From positions 251,136 through 315,135 of the IMG/VR virus record IMGVR_UViG_3300037455_000543: a stretch of 64,000 nt of DNA. One strand, written 5' to 3'. This DNA comes from a virus. Taxonomy: Duplodnaviria > Heunggongvirae > Uroviricota > Caudoviricetes. The notes under the pieces were generated by a model. The model was given only the letters and a program-made list of their open reading frames with translations. It was not told the origin of the DNA and ran no database searches. The translations under genes were made by a program, and so were the position numbers. Shown one piece after another: positions 1 to 9,155 of this stretch (position 1 is the first letter of the stretch; every line of letters starts with the position of its first letter).

Positions 1-298
1 CAGTCGGCTTCGGCTTCTTAATTCTGTCAACAATTTGCTGGAATTCTTTTGTCGGCTGTTTGGAGTTATCTTCGTTATAGTTAACGGAAGTTTCACCATG
101 CTCTGTATCTGTATCAACAATATAGAAAAACTTAAGATGCTTTTCAGAACTTGGAGGAGAAATTCTCTTCAAGAACTTTACCATTGCATCATCATTGTTA
201 TAGATATTGCTAACATCGGAAAGAATGGTATTTAAGTCAACCTTAACTTCCTGTTTCTTTTTCTTATCAGCCTCGTTTATAAAATCTCTTAATGACAT
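1..298 (-). CDS. Hypothetical virion-internal protein, truncated by the window edge
   Basis: Open frame from ATG at 298 (MSLRDFINEADKKKK...) to the window start; N-terminus resembles a T4 capsid-targeting sequence. Confidence 0.65.
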   Translation of the reverse strand, partial: MSLRDFINEADKKKKQEVKVDLNTILSDVSNIYNNDDAMVKFLKRISPPSSEKHLKFFYIVDTDTEHGETSVNYNEDNSKQPTKEFQQIVDRIKKPKPT

Positions 299-300
299 TA

Positions 301-768
301 TTATACTCCACAAATTGGTGTCATCTTCTTTGAATAATATCTAAACTTATTTTGACCTTTTATTATTTCATTGAACATATCTGACGCCGCGTCAATTATA
401 AGTTTGTCGCACTTTAAAAATACATGCGGAATGTAATAATAAAATGCCTGGTCTTTTTGAGGTAAAGATTCAACAAATTTTTCAAGTGAATCCCTATATG
501 TATCTCCGAACTTCTTTTCAATCAAGTCAAGTTCTTCTTCCGTAAAATCGTTTTCGTCAAGCCAACCTTTGAAAGTATCTACCTTATAAAGACCAGAAAC
601 TGTTTTACATGGAAAACCAGACATTACAAGTTCATCTCGTAAATCAGTATTTATTTCTATGCAATTATCGCGAATCATTGGTAAACTTGGCTTATATTTA
701 CCAAATTCTTGCCAAATCATAAGGGCTAATTGCTTATCATCTTCTGGATTTACTATAATATTATTCAT
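301..768 (-). CDS. Hypothetical late protein, possible transglutaminase/papain-like fold
   Basis: DNC ... PHVFL ... IIDAASDMF gives a Cys-His-Asp order; TATAAATA at 774-781. Confidence 0.45.
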   Translation of the reverse strand: MNNIIVNPEDDKQLALMIWQEFGKYKPSLPMIRDNCIEINTDLRDELVMSGFPCKTVSGLYKVDTFKGWLDENDFTEEELDLIEKKFGDTYRDSLEKFVESLPQKDQAFYYYIPHVFLKCDKLIIDAASDMFNEIIKGQNKFRYYSKKMTPICGV

Positions 769-858
769 TTATATATTTATAACATTGAAAACCGGTTTAA
801 AAATAAAAACCAGCTAAAAACGCTGGTTTCTATATCAATAAAGGACCGAATTTAATTG

Positions 859-1539
859 TTAGTCTTCGTCGTCTTCGTCTTCGTTGGTAATGTCGTCAAG
901 AGAGACATATTCATTACCAGAACCGTAGCCGATATCTTCTACATTGTCAAGGGAATCATCCATCGCGGTAATATCTTCACTCTCTGTTTCAGGTTCTTCA
1001 GTAGGACCTTCGCCATCAAGTAAATCAGAAATTCCGTCAATATCAGCTTCTTCATCAGAATCCTTAGGATCGAAATCTTCAGTATCTGGAACAGCGTCAA
1101 CAATATTAAGACGAGCGCCACAACATGGACATACCGGATTAGAAAGATCTAAGTCGAATGTTTCATCGTCATCAGCCTTAGGAGTTTTATCGCTAAGTGC
1201 ATCAATCTTGTCTTCGATTACATCTAAGCGAGAGAATACATCCTGATTTTCATCATCGGCTTCAGTATCTTCGTCTTCGGTTTCTTCTTCAGCATCAAGA
1301 TCTGTTAATTCGCCGTCATCTTCTTCAGAATCTTCATCGTCATCAGCGACTGGCTCTGCTAAGTCACTATTGTCGACTTCTTCAGAATCATCTTCAGAAG
1401 TATAGTCCGAGTCATCAGCGCTATCAACAGTATCTTCCTGTTCTTCAGTTTCTTCGGCTTCTTTCTTGGCATCTTCATAGATTGAATATGTTTCATCCAA
1501 TAACCAACTAGCCGCATCAAAAATATCGTATTTTTTCAT
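859..1539 (-). CDS. Highly acidic late protein with CPCCG zinc knuckle (possible head scaffold)
   Basis: D/E-rich; VCPCCGARLNIVD; late box at 1564-1571 and AAGGA SD. Confidence 0.6.
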   Translation of the reverse strand: MKKYDIFDAASWLLDETYSIYEDAKKEAEETEEQEDTVDSADDSDYTSEDDSEEVDNSDLAEPVADDDEDSEEDDGELTDLDAEEETEDEDTEADDENQDVFSRLDVIEDKIDALSDKTPKADDDETFDLDLSNPVCPCCGARLNIVDAVPDTEDFDPKDSDEEADIDGISDLLDGEGPTEEPETESEDITAMDDSLDNVEDIGYGSGNEYVSLDDITNEDEDDED

Positions 1540-1587
1540 CGTAATAAGTCCTTTATTTTATATTATTTATATAAGAAAATCCAGAAA

Positions 1588-2070
1588 TTATGCATTATTC
1601 TGACAATTTAAGCCATAAAGCCTTAATGCCTGAAATAATTCGTTCTCAATATAGAACGGAGAAACTTCGATTCCCTTAGTTTTAACCATATTGGCAATTG
1701 CATTCGCCTTCATTTTTACTATCTTCTTGAGGTCCTTAGTTACGTATAAAAATCTTTCGCCATAGTCATTGACTATATTGCCCATTGAATCTGTTTCTGG
1801 CTCGTCTGTTTCAAGTTCATCTTCGAATATAGACTTAGCCTCATCCTCTATAATAGTCAAAAGATAGTCTGCCAACTTATTCTCGTTGAGCATTGATTCA
1901 TTAACTTTTATAATATCATCACCAGTATATTCCTGTTTTGTAGAATCAACTAAATTTAGTTTCTTTCCACAACACGGGCATACAAGATTATCTGTCCTGA
2001 TATCATAGCTATCACCAGGAACAGAATTATCTTCAAAAAGGTTTTGATAATATCTGTAATAATTATTCAT
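1588..2070 (-). CDS. Late protein with CPCCG zinc knuckle
   Basis: VCPCCGKKLNLVD shared with its neighbour; late box at 2075-2082. Confidence 0.6.
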   Translation of the reverse strand: MNNYYRYYQNLFEDNSVPGDSYDIRTDNLVCPCCGKKLNLVDSTKQEYTGDDIIKVNESMLNENKLADYLLTIIEDEAKSIFEDELETDEPETDSMGNIVNDYGERFLYVTKDLKKIVKMKANAIANMVKTKGIEVSPFYIENELFQALRLYGLNCQNNA

Positions 2071-2077
2071 ATCTTAT

Positions 2078-2725
2078 TTATAACAATTTACTCCATATGT
2101 CATAATGGAATGTCAATTTACATGTCAATTTTGAATCACTTGCGTAATCAAGGCCTTCATTAAATGCAAAATTAGTAATTACGCAATTCTTATATTCATA
2201 TTGTGCCGTTGTTAAAGGAACAGGGTTTGCACCATTTTTGTCAAGTGAAAAACCACGTTTATCTTTAATATTAACAAGTATTTTATTAAAACGCCATACC
2301 CTGCCAAGCACAGAATTATTATCTTTAGGTCCTGTAAATTCAGGGTGATAACCAATTATATCAGAACCAACCTTCCTAAATCTTGAAGTCAACTGTGTAA
2401 TACTATCAATATCGCTATTTTCTGCATCTTCAGCACGGACATCAAAATTTATATCACAGTCGCCACCATATGTTCTTAAAATTGGATAGGAACGTTCAGA
2501 ACCAAAGTATTTTCTGGTAACAATATCAGTCTTATATGTAGGAAGTGTAACGCTTGTTGCAATCAATGTTCCATTAGTAACAGCACAAGCCAAAGCATTA
2601 TTATCTGCAGTAGGTTCATCACTCAAGAACTGGATATCGAACATCCATGTAGCTTGAGGATCAGCCATATGGTAAAAGTTACCATTGGTAAAAATCTTAT
2701 ATTGTCCTGGCGGAATATATGCCAT
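2078..2725 (-). CDS. T4 gp19-like tail tube family protein
   Basis: SVTLP...YFG..RSYP..RTYGGD.INF ... LDYASD..LTCKLTFHYDIW pattern. Confidence 0.7.
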   Translation of the reverse strand: MAYIPPGQYKIFTNGNFYHMADPQATWMFDIQFLSDEPTADNNALACAVTNGTLIATSVTLPTYKTDIVTRKYFGSERSYPILRTYGGDCDINFDVRAEDAENSDIDSITQLTSRFRKVGSDIIGYHPEFTGPKDNNSVLGRVWRFNKILVNIKDKRGFSLDKNGANPVPLTTAQYEYKNCVITNFAFNEGLDYASDSKLTCKLTFHYDIWSKLL

Positions 2726-2728
2726 ATA

Positions 2729-3310
2729 TTAGCTTTCCTTCTTCTCGTTTTTCTTAAACTTCATATAGTCGTATGTAAAGTGAACGCTTCTAGTAATAGC
2801 TTCAGTGCTGTCATAAGAAAACTGAATATCGTCTAATGATACTATTTTACAACCATAAAAAGAATATGTTACTTCTGGTTCTTCCGCATCGAGTTCACTA
2901 TTTTTATATACCTGGACTTCAATTATGTTTTCGTCAATCTTATAATCTTTTCCGCCACTATTATATGCTAAGGCGTCAGAATCTGTAGAAGTCGGATAAT
3001 TCTGGTTCATATTATAGTTTTCATAAATTGACTCAATAATCTTAGTTATTGTATAGTTTTCGTCTTCATTGAACTTGACGGATATCTCGCCAGTAGTATT
3101 AGCTCTAGTAAATTTTTTAAATTCGACACCACCATAAAAAACAGAAACATATTGAGATTCACGTTTACCAACGTTTATATCAACAATAGCACTATTTAAT
3201 ATATCTGCACTATTCTTATCTACACCTTTAAAACTGTTAAAGGATATTTTATAAGTCCAGGCTATAGCTGGAGGTGTTTCATAGAACGCATTTTGCCAAA
3301 TTGAATCCAT
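2729..3310 (-). CDS. T4 gp19-like tail tube family protein (second copy)
   Basis: YGG..K...R..TGEISVKFNEDE ... YSFYGC...LDDIQFSYDS.....VHFTYDY. Confidence 0.7.
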   Translation of the reverse strand: MDSIWQNAFYETPPAIAWTYKISFNSFKGVDKNSADILNSAIVDINVGKRESQYVSVFYGGVEFKKFTRANTTGEISVKFNEDENYTITKIIESIYENYNMNQNYPTSTDSDALAYNSGGKDYKIDENIIEVQVYKNSELDAEEPEVTYSFYGCKIVSLDDIQFSYDSTEAITRSVHFTYDYMKFKKNEKKES

Positions 3311-3348
3311 ATACTATTTATAGTTTTAATTAATGCTATAAATAATAC

Positions 3349-4392
3349 ATGAACGATGTAATTGATGATAATTTAATACCAATGAAGGATCCTTTGATGC
3401 CACCGGAACCTCCGACCGGCAGTAGATCCCGTTTAAAACCGCCTCCGGCTGATTTTGAACCTGGTAAATTCCCTCCAGGTCCTCCAGGTCCACCGCCACC
3501 GGGACCAAGACCGTTCCCGCCGGGTCCTCCAGGACCGCCTCCTCCAGGTCCAAGGCCATTCCCTCCAGGTCCTCCGAGACCTAAGCCGCCGGTACCGCCT
3601 CCACCACCGAACAATTGTGATCCGGTGCTTGAATCTACAATGATTCAAAATATGGCGCAAATGCGTAATTATATCAAGATGATGCTTGGTTCTCCAGTCA
3701 TCTGTATTGAAATTAGCGATGAACAGTTAAATTACATCATTGCCGACATGATTAGATATGTCCAAAGATATTATGCCCGTCAAGGTAACTATCGTGACTA
3801 TCTCGTTATGGAACTTCAACCAGGCAGAACACATTATAAGATTTGTCAGGAACTTGAAGAAGTTGTCGATTTCCAGACCGCCAACTGGATTGGCGATATT
3901 AATGAACTCTTTACATTACCACATAATGCACTTTATGACTCAGTAATGAGTATGAATACTTCTAGTATTTTCCGTGGCGCATGTTATGGTAACTCTGCTG
4001 GTTTTGGTGATGTCTTAGGTAACTGGAATGCTGCACTTATGTGGTTGGAACAAGCAAAACTTGATTTCGGCGAAGCTTATCAAGTAAGATATAACGACAA
4101 AGAAAAAGAATTAAGTATTTGGCCTACTCCTAGACATCCAGTTCGCGGTATCATGGAAGTATATAAACGTCAAAGAAGTGTAAAGATTTTCAATGACATT
4201 ATGTTTAGAAAACTTGTCGTGGCCCGCGCTGGTATGATATGGTGTAATGCTTTGCGTAAATATTCCATTACAATCGCTGGTGGTGGTCAGTTAAATGCTG
4301 ATAGCCTATATTCAAGCTACAAGGAAGAATACGATTACTGCCTTGAAAATATCAGACTTGAATCTCCGAACAGCGACTTCTGGATTGCGTAA
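3349..4392 (+). CDS. T4 gp13-like neck protein with proline-rich N-terminal extension
   Basis: YIKMMLGSPVICIEISDEQL and C-terminal KYSITIAGGGQLNADSLY resemble gp13; late box at 3337-3344. Confidence 0.8.
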   Translation: MNDVIDDNLIPMKDPLMPPEPPTGSRSRLKPPPADFEPGKFPPGPPGPPPPGPRPFPPGPPGPPPPGPRPFPPGPPRPKPPVPPPPPNNCDPVLESTMIQNMAQMRNYIKMMLGSPVICIEISDEQLNYIIADMIRYVQRYYARQGNYRDYLVMELQPGRTHYKICQELEEVVDFQTANWIGDINELFTLPHNALYDSVMSMNTSSIFRGACYGNSAGFGDVLGNWNAALMWLEQAKLDFGEAYQVRYNDKEKELSIWPTPRHPVRGIMEVYKRQRSVKIFNDIMFRKLVVARAGMIWCNALRKYSITIAGGGQLNADSLYSSYKEEYDYCLENIRLESPNSDFWIA

Positions 4393-4407
4393 TGTAAAAA
4401 ATAATAT

Positions 4408-4432
4408 AAAAAGCGGTTTACAAACCGCTTTT
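4408..4432. terminator. Bidirectional intrinsic terminator
   Basis: aaaagcggtt-tac-aaaccgctttt between convergent genes. Confidence 0.8.
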
Positions 4433-5204
4433 ATTTTTCTATATTTAATATCTGAAGTAATCTTTTAGTATTACCTGTTTCTATAATTTCTTTCATTCTT
4501 GAAACAGTGCCAATATATTTAAGATAACTAGGCGGAACATTCTGTGTAACGTATCTGGCCGGACATGTTGTGCCATATTCATTATCATAATGTGTTTTAA
4601 GTCCACTTGGAAGTTTGACAAGATAAATGTATTGTCCATATCCATCTGCGCCTATGCTGTTTATTAAAGTTTTAATTGCTTTAATTACACGTGTATCAAA
4701 ATCTTTATCATCTCGTTCAAGATTACCGGAAATATCTTCCATTTTCCAAAGGTATACACGCTTATCTGGATATACAATACCTCTTTTAACAGTTCCAGAT
4801 TTATCCATTTCTGGATCAAGAGAATCCTTCGCGATTAATCCGGATTTTAAAATTTTTGTTGGAACTACTTTTGTAAAATGAAGGTATATTCCATGATAAA
4901 ATGAATCTTCATCATCATAATATTCACGGTCAATCGTATTTAGTTTTAAAAGATTTATACTATAAGCATTGATATAAGAAATATACCAACCGTATTTCTG
5001 TAAGAGCTTATCAAATTCTGTCATTTTCATATTATGAAGTTCAAGCTCGTCTAATACAGTATTTCTATTAATATCGACTGAATTTATTCCGTTTCCAGAA
5101 GGCACGCTTTGATTATAGTGTATCTGAAAATTATCATTTTTCCACAATACATCCTGGAGTTTATCGGCAGGAACAGCTAATTCTAAAAATTCGTTTAATT
5201 TCAT
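4431..5204 (-). CDS. Putative NAD+-dependent ADP-ribosyltransferase-fold protein (Tpt1/KptA-like)
   Basis: YLHFT...KILKSGL ... RVYLW ... YVTQNVPPSYL; start moved to MKLNEFLE, 4 nt after TATAAATA. Confidence 0.55.
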   Translation of the reverse strand: MKLNEFLELAVPADKLQDVLWKNDNFQIHYNQSVPSGNGINSVDINRNTVLDELELHNMKMTEFDKLLQKYGWYISYINAYSINLLKLNTIDREYYDDEDSFYHGIYLHFTKVVPTKILKSGLIAKDSLDPEMDKSGTVKRGIVYPDKRVYLWKMEDISGNLERDDKDFDTRVIKAIKTLINSIGADGYGQYIYLVKLPSGLKTHYDNEYGTTCPARYVTQNVPPSYLKYIGTVSRMKEIIETGNTKRLLQILNIEK

Positions 5205-5208
5205 ATAG

Positions 5209-5220
5209 TATTTATAAATA
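5209..5220. promoter_or_regulatory. Overlapping divergent T4-type late promoters
   Basis: Palindrome tatttataaata gives TATAAATA on both strands between divergent genes. Confidence 0.7.
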
Positions 5221-5230
5221 GTGCATACGT

Positions 5231-5530
5231 ATGAAATTATATATCTGTCATTATCCTGGTTGCACGTATTGTACTGAAAGTAGAAATAAGATAGATTTTC
5301 ATCATATAATTCCACGTGAATTATGGCCTAGATTAAACCAGAATGTTACATTAAGTTTCTGTCCTACACATCATAGACTTATATATCATCCTGAAGCTAA
5401 ATCAGGTGCACATAGCATAAAATCTGATGATAGTCTTGAAATTCTTGGAGTATTTAAAAGTACTAAAGGCTATTCAGTGCAATATCGAAATATGGACGGA
5501 ATTGAATTCTTTGAAGATTTTGATCAATAA
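5231..5530 (+). CDS. HNH endonuclease-like protein
   Basis: C..PGC..C ... DFHHIIP ... N ... CPTHHRLIYH. Confidence 0.7.
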   Translation: MKLYICHYPGCTYCTESRNKIDFHHIIPRELWPRLNQNVTLSFCPTHHRLIYHPEAKSGAHSIKSDDSLEILGVFKSTKGYSVQYRNMDGIEFFEDFDQ

Positions 5531-5631
5531 GAATTTCAAATAAAAATGTTTATATCGTGTTTACAACGTAGTACAACTTTACTATATTTAACTTATACAA
5601 TGAAAATTGTAAAATAAAAGGAAACATAAAA

Positions 5632-5925
5632 ATGACAAATACACTCAATTCTGATGAATACGTAATGAATACCAAGACTGGTAAGGCATACATCGTAACT
5701 ACTGACACTCTGCAGACTCGCGGTCGTCGTCAGCTTGCTGGTACTGGCATTCGCAACCCTGAACTTACACAGGTTGTTGAGAACCATCTCGAATCACTCG
5801 ACAATACTGCTGCAATCGTTTGCTACCATGCAGAACGCATCCTTCGTGGCAAGCACAAGCAGAGCGCACATGACAAGCAGATTCTTGCCATGTATCGTGC
5901 ACTTCGCAAGATGGTAGTCGCATAA
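5632..5925 (+). CDS. Hypothetical protein
   Basis: AAGGA SD; upstream TTTACA/TATATT promoter. Confidence 0.7.
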   Translation: MTNTLNSDEYVMNTKTGKAYIVTTDTLQTRGRRQLAGTGIRNPELTQVVENHLESLDNTAAIVCYHAERILRGKHKQSAHDKQILAMYRALRKMVVA

Positions 5926-5939
5926 TAAATTAATCACTG

Positions 5940-6596
5940 ATGAATTGTTATTTTGTTAATAATATCAATGTACCTATGTGTACATACGTTCGCCGTGCAG
6001 AATGGTTTGATCGTATTATTGACAAATACTGTTTACCAGCAGATGCAATTTGTATTGCGGGTGGTATATCCGAATATTTGGATATGGAAATAGCTTTTTT
6101 AATAAGATTAGCACAGAGATATCCAAAGGTAGTATATATTTTAGGTGGTTGTGATTTCAAGAGCGATATACCACTCGCAAATAAATTTGAAAGATTCAAT
6201 AATTGTTTTAATAAAATTCAGAAAAATAAATGTACCCCCGAGAGAATAGACGGAAACAAAATATGGGTTGATAAGCTTGTTCTCGGGGGTTCTTTAGGTT
6301 TTGATAGATATGAAAACATATCTAAATGGGACTGGTGGTCCAAAGACAAAGAAGAAATTTATAATTTTGAGAAAAACCGTCTTCTTACAGTCATAAATAA
6401 AGAGCCGATTCCTGACATCGTTTTATCTTATTATTCTCCAGATGCGATGCAAATTGAATCAAAAGCCAAAATATGGCATTATGGATTCGGCAAGAAACAA
6501 GAAATCATAGAAAGAAACGGTAATCTAATTCTAAATAACAGTTGTGATGTTACGAATAGTAAATATTCGAAAAACGATTTTTTAATTAATCTATAA
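5940..6596 (+). CDS. Calcineurin-like metallophosphoesterase homolog with degenerate metal ligands
   Basis: DAICIAGGIS and VVYILGGCD align to AGD and GNHD motifs. Confidence 0.5.
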   Translation: MNCYFVNNINVPMCTYVRRAEWFDRIIDKYCLPADAICIAGGISEYLDMEIAFLIRLAQRYPKVVYILGGCDFKSDIPLANKFERFNNCFNKIQKNKCTPERIDGNKIWVDKLVLGGSLGFDRYENISKWDWWSKDKEEIYNFEKNRLLTVINKEPIPDIVLSYYSPDAMQIESKAKIWHYGFGKKQEIIERNGNLILNNSCDVTNSKYSKNDFLINL

Positions 6597-6606
6597 TGGA
6601 GAAACT

Positions 6607-7281
6607 ATGAGAATCCTAGATAATAATGTCTTGATTGACGAAAACAAATCAGTTGATCGTCTTAGTGCTGGCGTATTTGTTATTCCTGATGTTGGAACAA
6701 TTCCGATGGCATATGGTAGAATTATTAAGGTTGGTGAAGGCCTTGATAATCCGGAACTTGAAAATGACAAGATTCCATTTTTTGTAAAGGAAAATGATTT
6801 TGTTATTTATAATCCAGGTGTTGCCATCCCTATCGAAGTTACAACTAAGAAAGCAGGTACAACAGAAAAGAAGAAATATTTTAAACTCAGTGCAGGTGAA
6901 TGTATGTTAGTTCTTGAAGAAGAAGATGGTAAAACAATCGGTATTAAGAAGATGCTTGAAAACTACATCTTGTTGAAGATGGAATCTAATACCGAAAAGA
7001 AGTCAGGTAATAAGATTTATTGTCCTGAATATAATGCAGATAGCAGTATTGTTACTGGTAAGGTTATTATGACTGGCCCGGGTCGTTATAATTTCAAGCT
7101 CCGTAAGCAAGTTCCTTGTCAAGCACAAGTTGGTGATACTGTCGCATTTGCAAGCGTAAAGAAGATTGCACTTAACATTCCAGTAAAACAGGCTGATGGC
7201 AAGATCGTAAAGGAACAGTATTTTATGATCCCTGATACCGCAGTCGAAGCGATTTTGGAAGACGATGAAGCGCTCAACTAA
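6607..7281 (+). CDS. groES: Co-chaperonin with two tandem GroES domains
   Basis: Two repeats of L.(D/E)N.(V/I)L...G.I..P...G.(I/V)I..G.G...V.(E/G)D.V. Confidence 0.75.
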   Translation: MRILDNNVLIDENKSVDRLSAGVFVIPDVGTIPMAYGRIIKVGEGLDNPELENDKIPFFVKENDFVIYNPGVAIPIEVTTKKAGTTEKKKYFKLSAGECMLVLEEEDGKTIGIKKMLENYILLKMESNTEKKSGNKIYCPEYNADSSIVTGKVIMTGPGRYNFKLRKQVPCQAQVGDTVAFASVKKIALNIPVKQADGKIVKEQYFMIPDTAVEAILEDDEALN

Positions 7282-7582
7282 AATAATTATAGGTATAAGC
7301 ATTTTTGTTTACTCTTTTATAATAGGCATTTGCGGCCTATTCGGCGAGAGTATTCAAAATGCTTTATTTTTCTTTTTAACAAAAATTTTACCATATATCG
7401 GTATTATTGCTGGTTATTTCTTTGCAATCTTTTTACCTATCAGAATTACACAGGCTTTAGAAAATAACAAGCAAAGAAAAGAAGAATATGATAAAGATTT
7501 AGAAATGGTAATGCGTGCACAAAAAGAAAAAGAATTGCAAGAAAATATTCTTAGTGCACTAACTGAAGAGGATAGATTATGA
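7265..7582 (+). CDS. Membrane protein
   Basis: Two hydrophobic segments and a charged tail. Confidence 0.65.
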   Translation: MKRSTKIIIGISIFVYSFIIGICGLFGESIQNALFFFLTKILPYIGIIAGYFFAIFLPIRITQALENNKQRKEEYDKDLEMVMRAQKEKELQENILSALTEEDRL

Positions 7583-8025
7583 GTTCCGAAAATGTAGTTA
7601 GAACAGCAATTAAGCCTACACACTATTGTGATAATGCAGTAAATATTGAACCTATTGAAGTTGCTCGTTATTTAAATTTTGATCTTGGTAACGTATGGAA
7701 GTATTGTGCACGATATCTTTATAAGCACACTCCAGGTACTGATTTAGGTAAAGCTATTTTTTATTTAACAGATTTTCGTAAGAACTGGGTTGACGAGATG
7801 AATGAATGTACCTATGTTCATCATGTTCCGCAAGAAATTGTTGATATAATGATTAAGTTTATCGATGCGGAAACTCGTCCAGAAGTAAAAAATGTTTTTA
7901 CTGTAGTTCTTGAAATCGTAACAGAAAATTGTATTCGCGATATTAAGGAATTTGACTTAGCCAGATACGAATTGTTACAGTATGCTAAGACATTCCCGGA
8001 TGCAGATTTGAAAGACTTAGAATGA
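7579..8025 (+). CDS. DUF3310 (T7 gp1.7-like nucleotide kinase family) protein
   Basis: PTHY...IEPIE...FDLGNVWKY..R...K...DLGKAIFYL. Confidence 0.75.
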   Translation: MSSENVVRTAIKPTHYCDNAVNIEPIEVARYLNFDLGNVWKYCARYLYKHTPGTDLGKAIFYLTDFRKNWVDEMNECTYVHHVPQEIVDIMIKFIDAETRPEVKNVFTVVLEIVTENCIRDIKEFDLARYELLQYAKTFPDADLKDLE

Positions 8026-8032
8026 GGTGACT

Positions 8033-8416
8033 ATGCTTACAATATCTAATGTAAGAGTTCACCCGTTAAAATTCAAGCTCAAAAATGGCGTTGTTGGTTT
8101 AGCGCAAGTAGCATTTAAAGGCGGATTACTTATTACTGGCCTTGAACTTATTGAGCGAAACAATAAACGCTTTATACAATATCCGAAGAACCCAAATAAT
8201 AATAGGGGACTTTGTTATTGTCAACCATTGAACTCTACACTGTCAGGTATTATCGAAAAGAAAGTTTTCGAAGTATATGACAAAATAAAAAATACACAAG
8301 CCGGAAATGTGGAAATAAATGAAGATTTCATGGGTTCTGCCTTAACAGAATTATGTGACACTTTCCATATTAATGACAACGGTGGAGAACAAAATGAAGA
8401 AACCGAAACAGTTTAG
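8033..8416 (+). CDS. spoVG: SpoVG-like nucleic-acid-binding protein
   Basis: ISNVRV...AQVAF...LLITGLELIE...FIQYP...YCQPLN...IEKKVFEVY. Confidence 0.7.
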   Translation: MLTISNVRVHPLKFKLKNGVVGLAQVAFKGGLLITGLELIERNNKRFIQYPKNPNNNRGLCYCQPLNSTLSGIIEKKVFEVYDKIKNTQAGNVEINEDFMGSALTELCDTFHINDNGGEQNEETETV

Positions 8417-8684
8417 CATGCCACCTCTTTTTAAGAGAGACAAGGATATGCTGTCGATTATGAATGATCCAAAGAAAATGAAAGCTTTGAAAGATGTAAT
8501 CGATCAAGCTGCTAAGGTTTCTGAAAATCTTAAACATTTCAAAGACTTGTATACTTGGTATGCTTATGTCATTACCATCTTACCAGACTTTGAAAATTCG
8601 TCTAACTTTAAAAATCAATTGGAAACACTAATAAATGAATATTGTAATGAATCAGAAAGAGATAACGCCCCTGAACATGGTTAA
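8394..8684 (+). CDS. Hypothetical protein
   Basis: GGAG SD; coupled in operon. Confidence 0.6.
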   Translation: MKKPKQFSMPPLFKRDKDMLSIMNDPKKMKALKDVIDQAAKVSENLKHFKDLYTWYAYVITILPDFENSSNFKNQLETLINEYCNESERDNAPEHG

Positions 8685-8859
8685 GACTGTCTATGCGTCA
8701 GTCTTGGAAGACGTGCATGAGCACTTCGAAGATTATGCCAAGGTTTTTGTTAAGAATTATGACTCTTATAATGAAGAAGAGATGAAAGTAATTGTTAATA
8801 AAAACGATGAACTTAGCAAGAAGATTAACACATTTTTAGGAAAGAATAAGCTTGTATGA
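8677..8859 (+). CDS. Hypothetical protein (start uncertain)
   Basis: Overlaps both neighbours in operon. Confidence 0.5.
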   Translation: MVKTVYASVLEDVHEHFEDYAKVFVKNYDSYNEEEMKVIVNKNDELSKKINTFLGKNKLV

Positions 8860-9155
8860 GTTTCGAAATTGGACATACATACGATGCATTAAATGGTAAT
8901 AAATATACTTGTGTATCAGTTGAAAATGGCTTTGGAATATTTAGGTTTAACCAGGTTTTAAAGCGTTTCAAAATTACTAAATATTGCGGAGTAGATTCGG
9001 TTATTCAATACGGCAATGTTTTGTTTAAGTCTGAAAACATTATCCCTGTTGACGATGATGAATTTGATTTGCCAAAACAAGCAGTAACTTACACATTAAA
9101 CAAAAATAATGAAAGGTATATAGATGTTTTTAAACGACACAAAGCAGCAATCTAA
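8856..9155 (+). CDS. Hypothetical protein
   Basis: ATGA coupling; MSFEIGHTY start. Confidence 0.6.
   Translation: MSFEIGHTYDALNGNKYTCVSVENGFGIFRFNQVLKRFKITKYCGVDSVIQYGNVLFKSENIIPVDDDEFDLPKQAVTYTLNKNNERYIDVFKRHKAAI

Noticed and set aside
3336-3614. Gly-rich minus-strand ORF as a collagen-like protein
   Set aside because: It is the antisense shadow of the proline codons in the neck gene.
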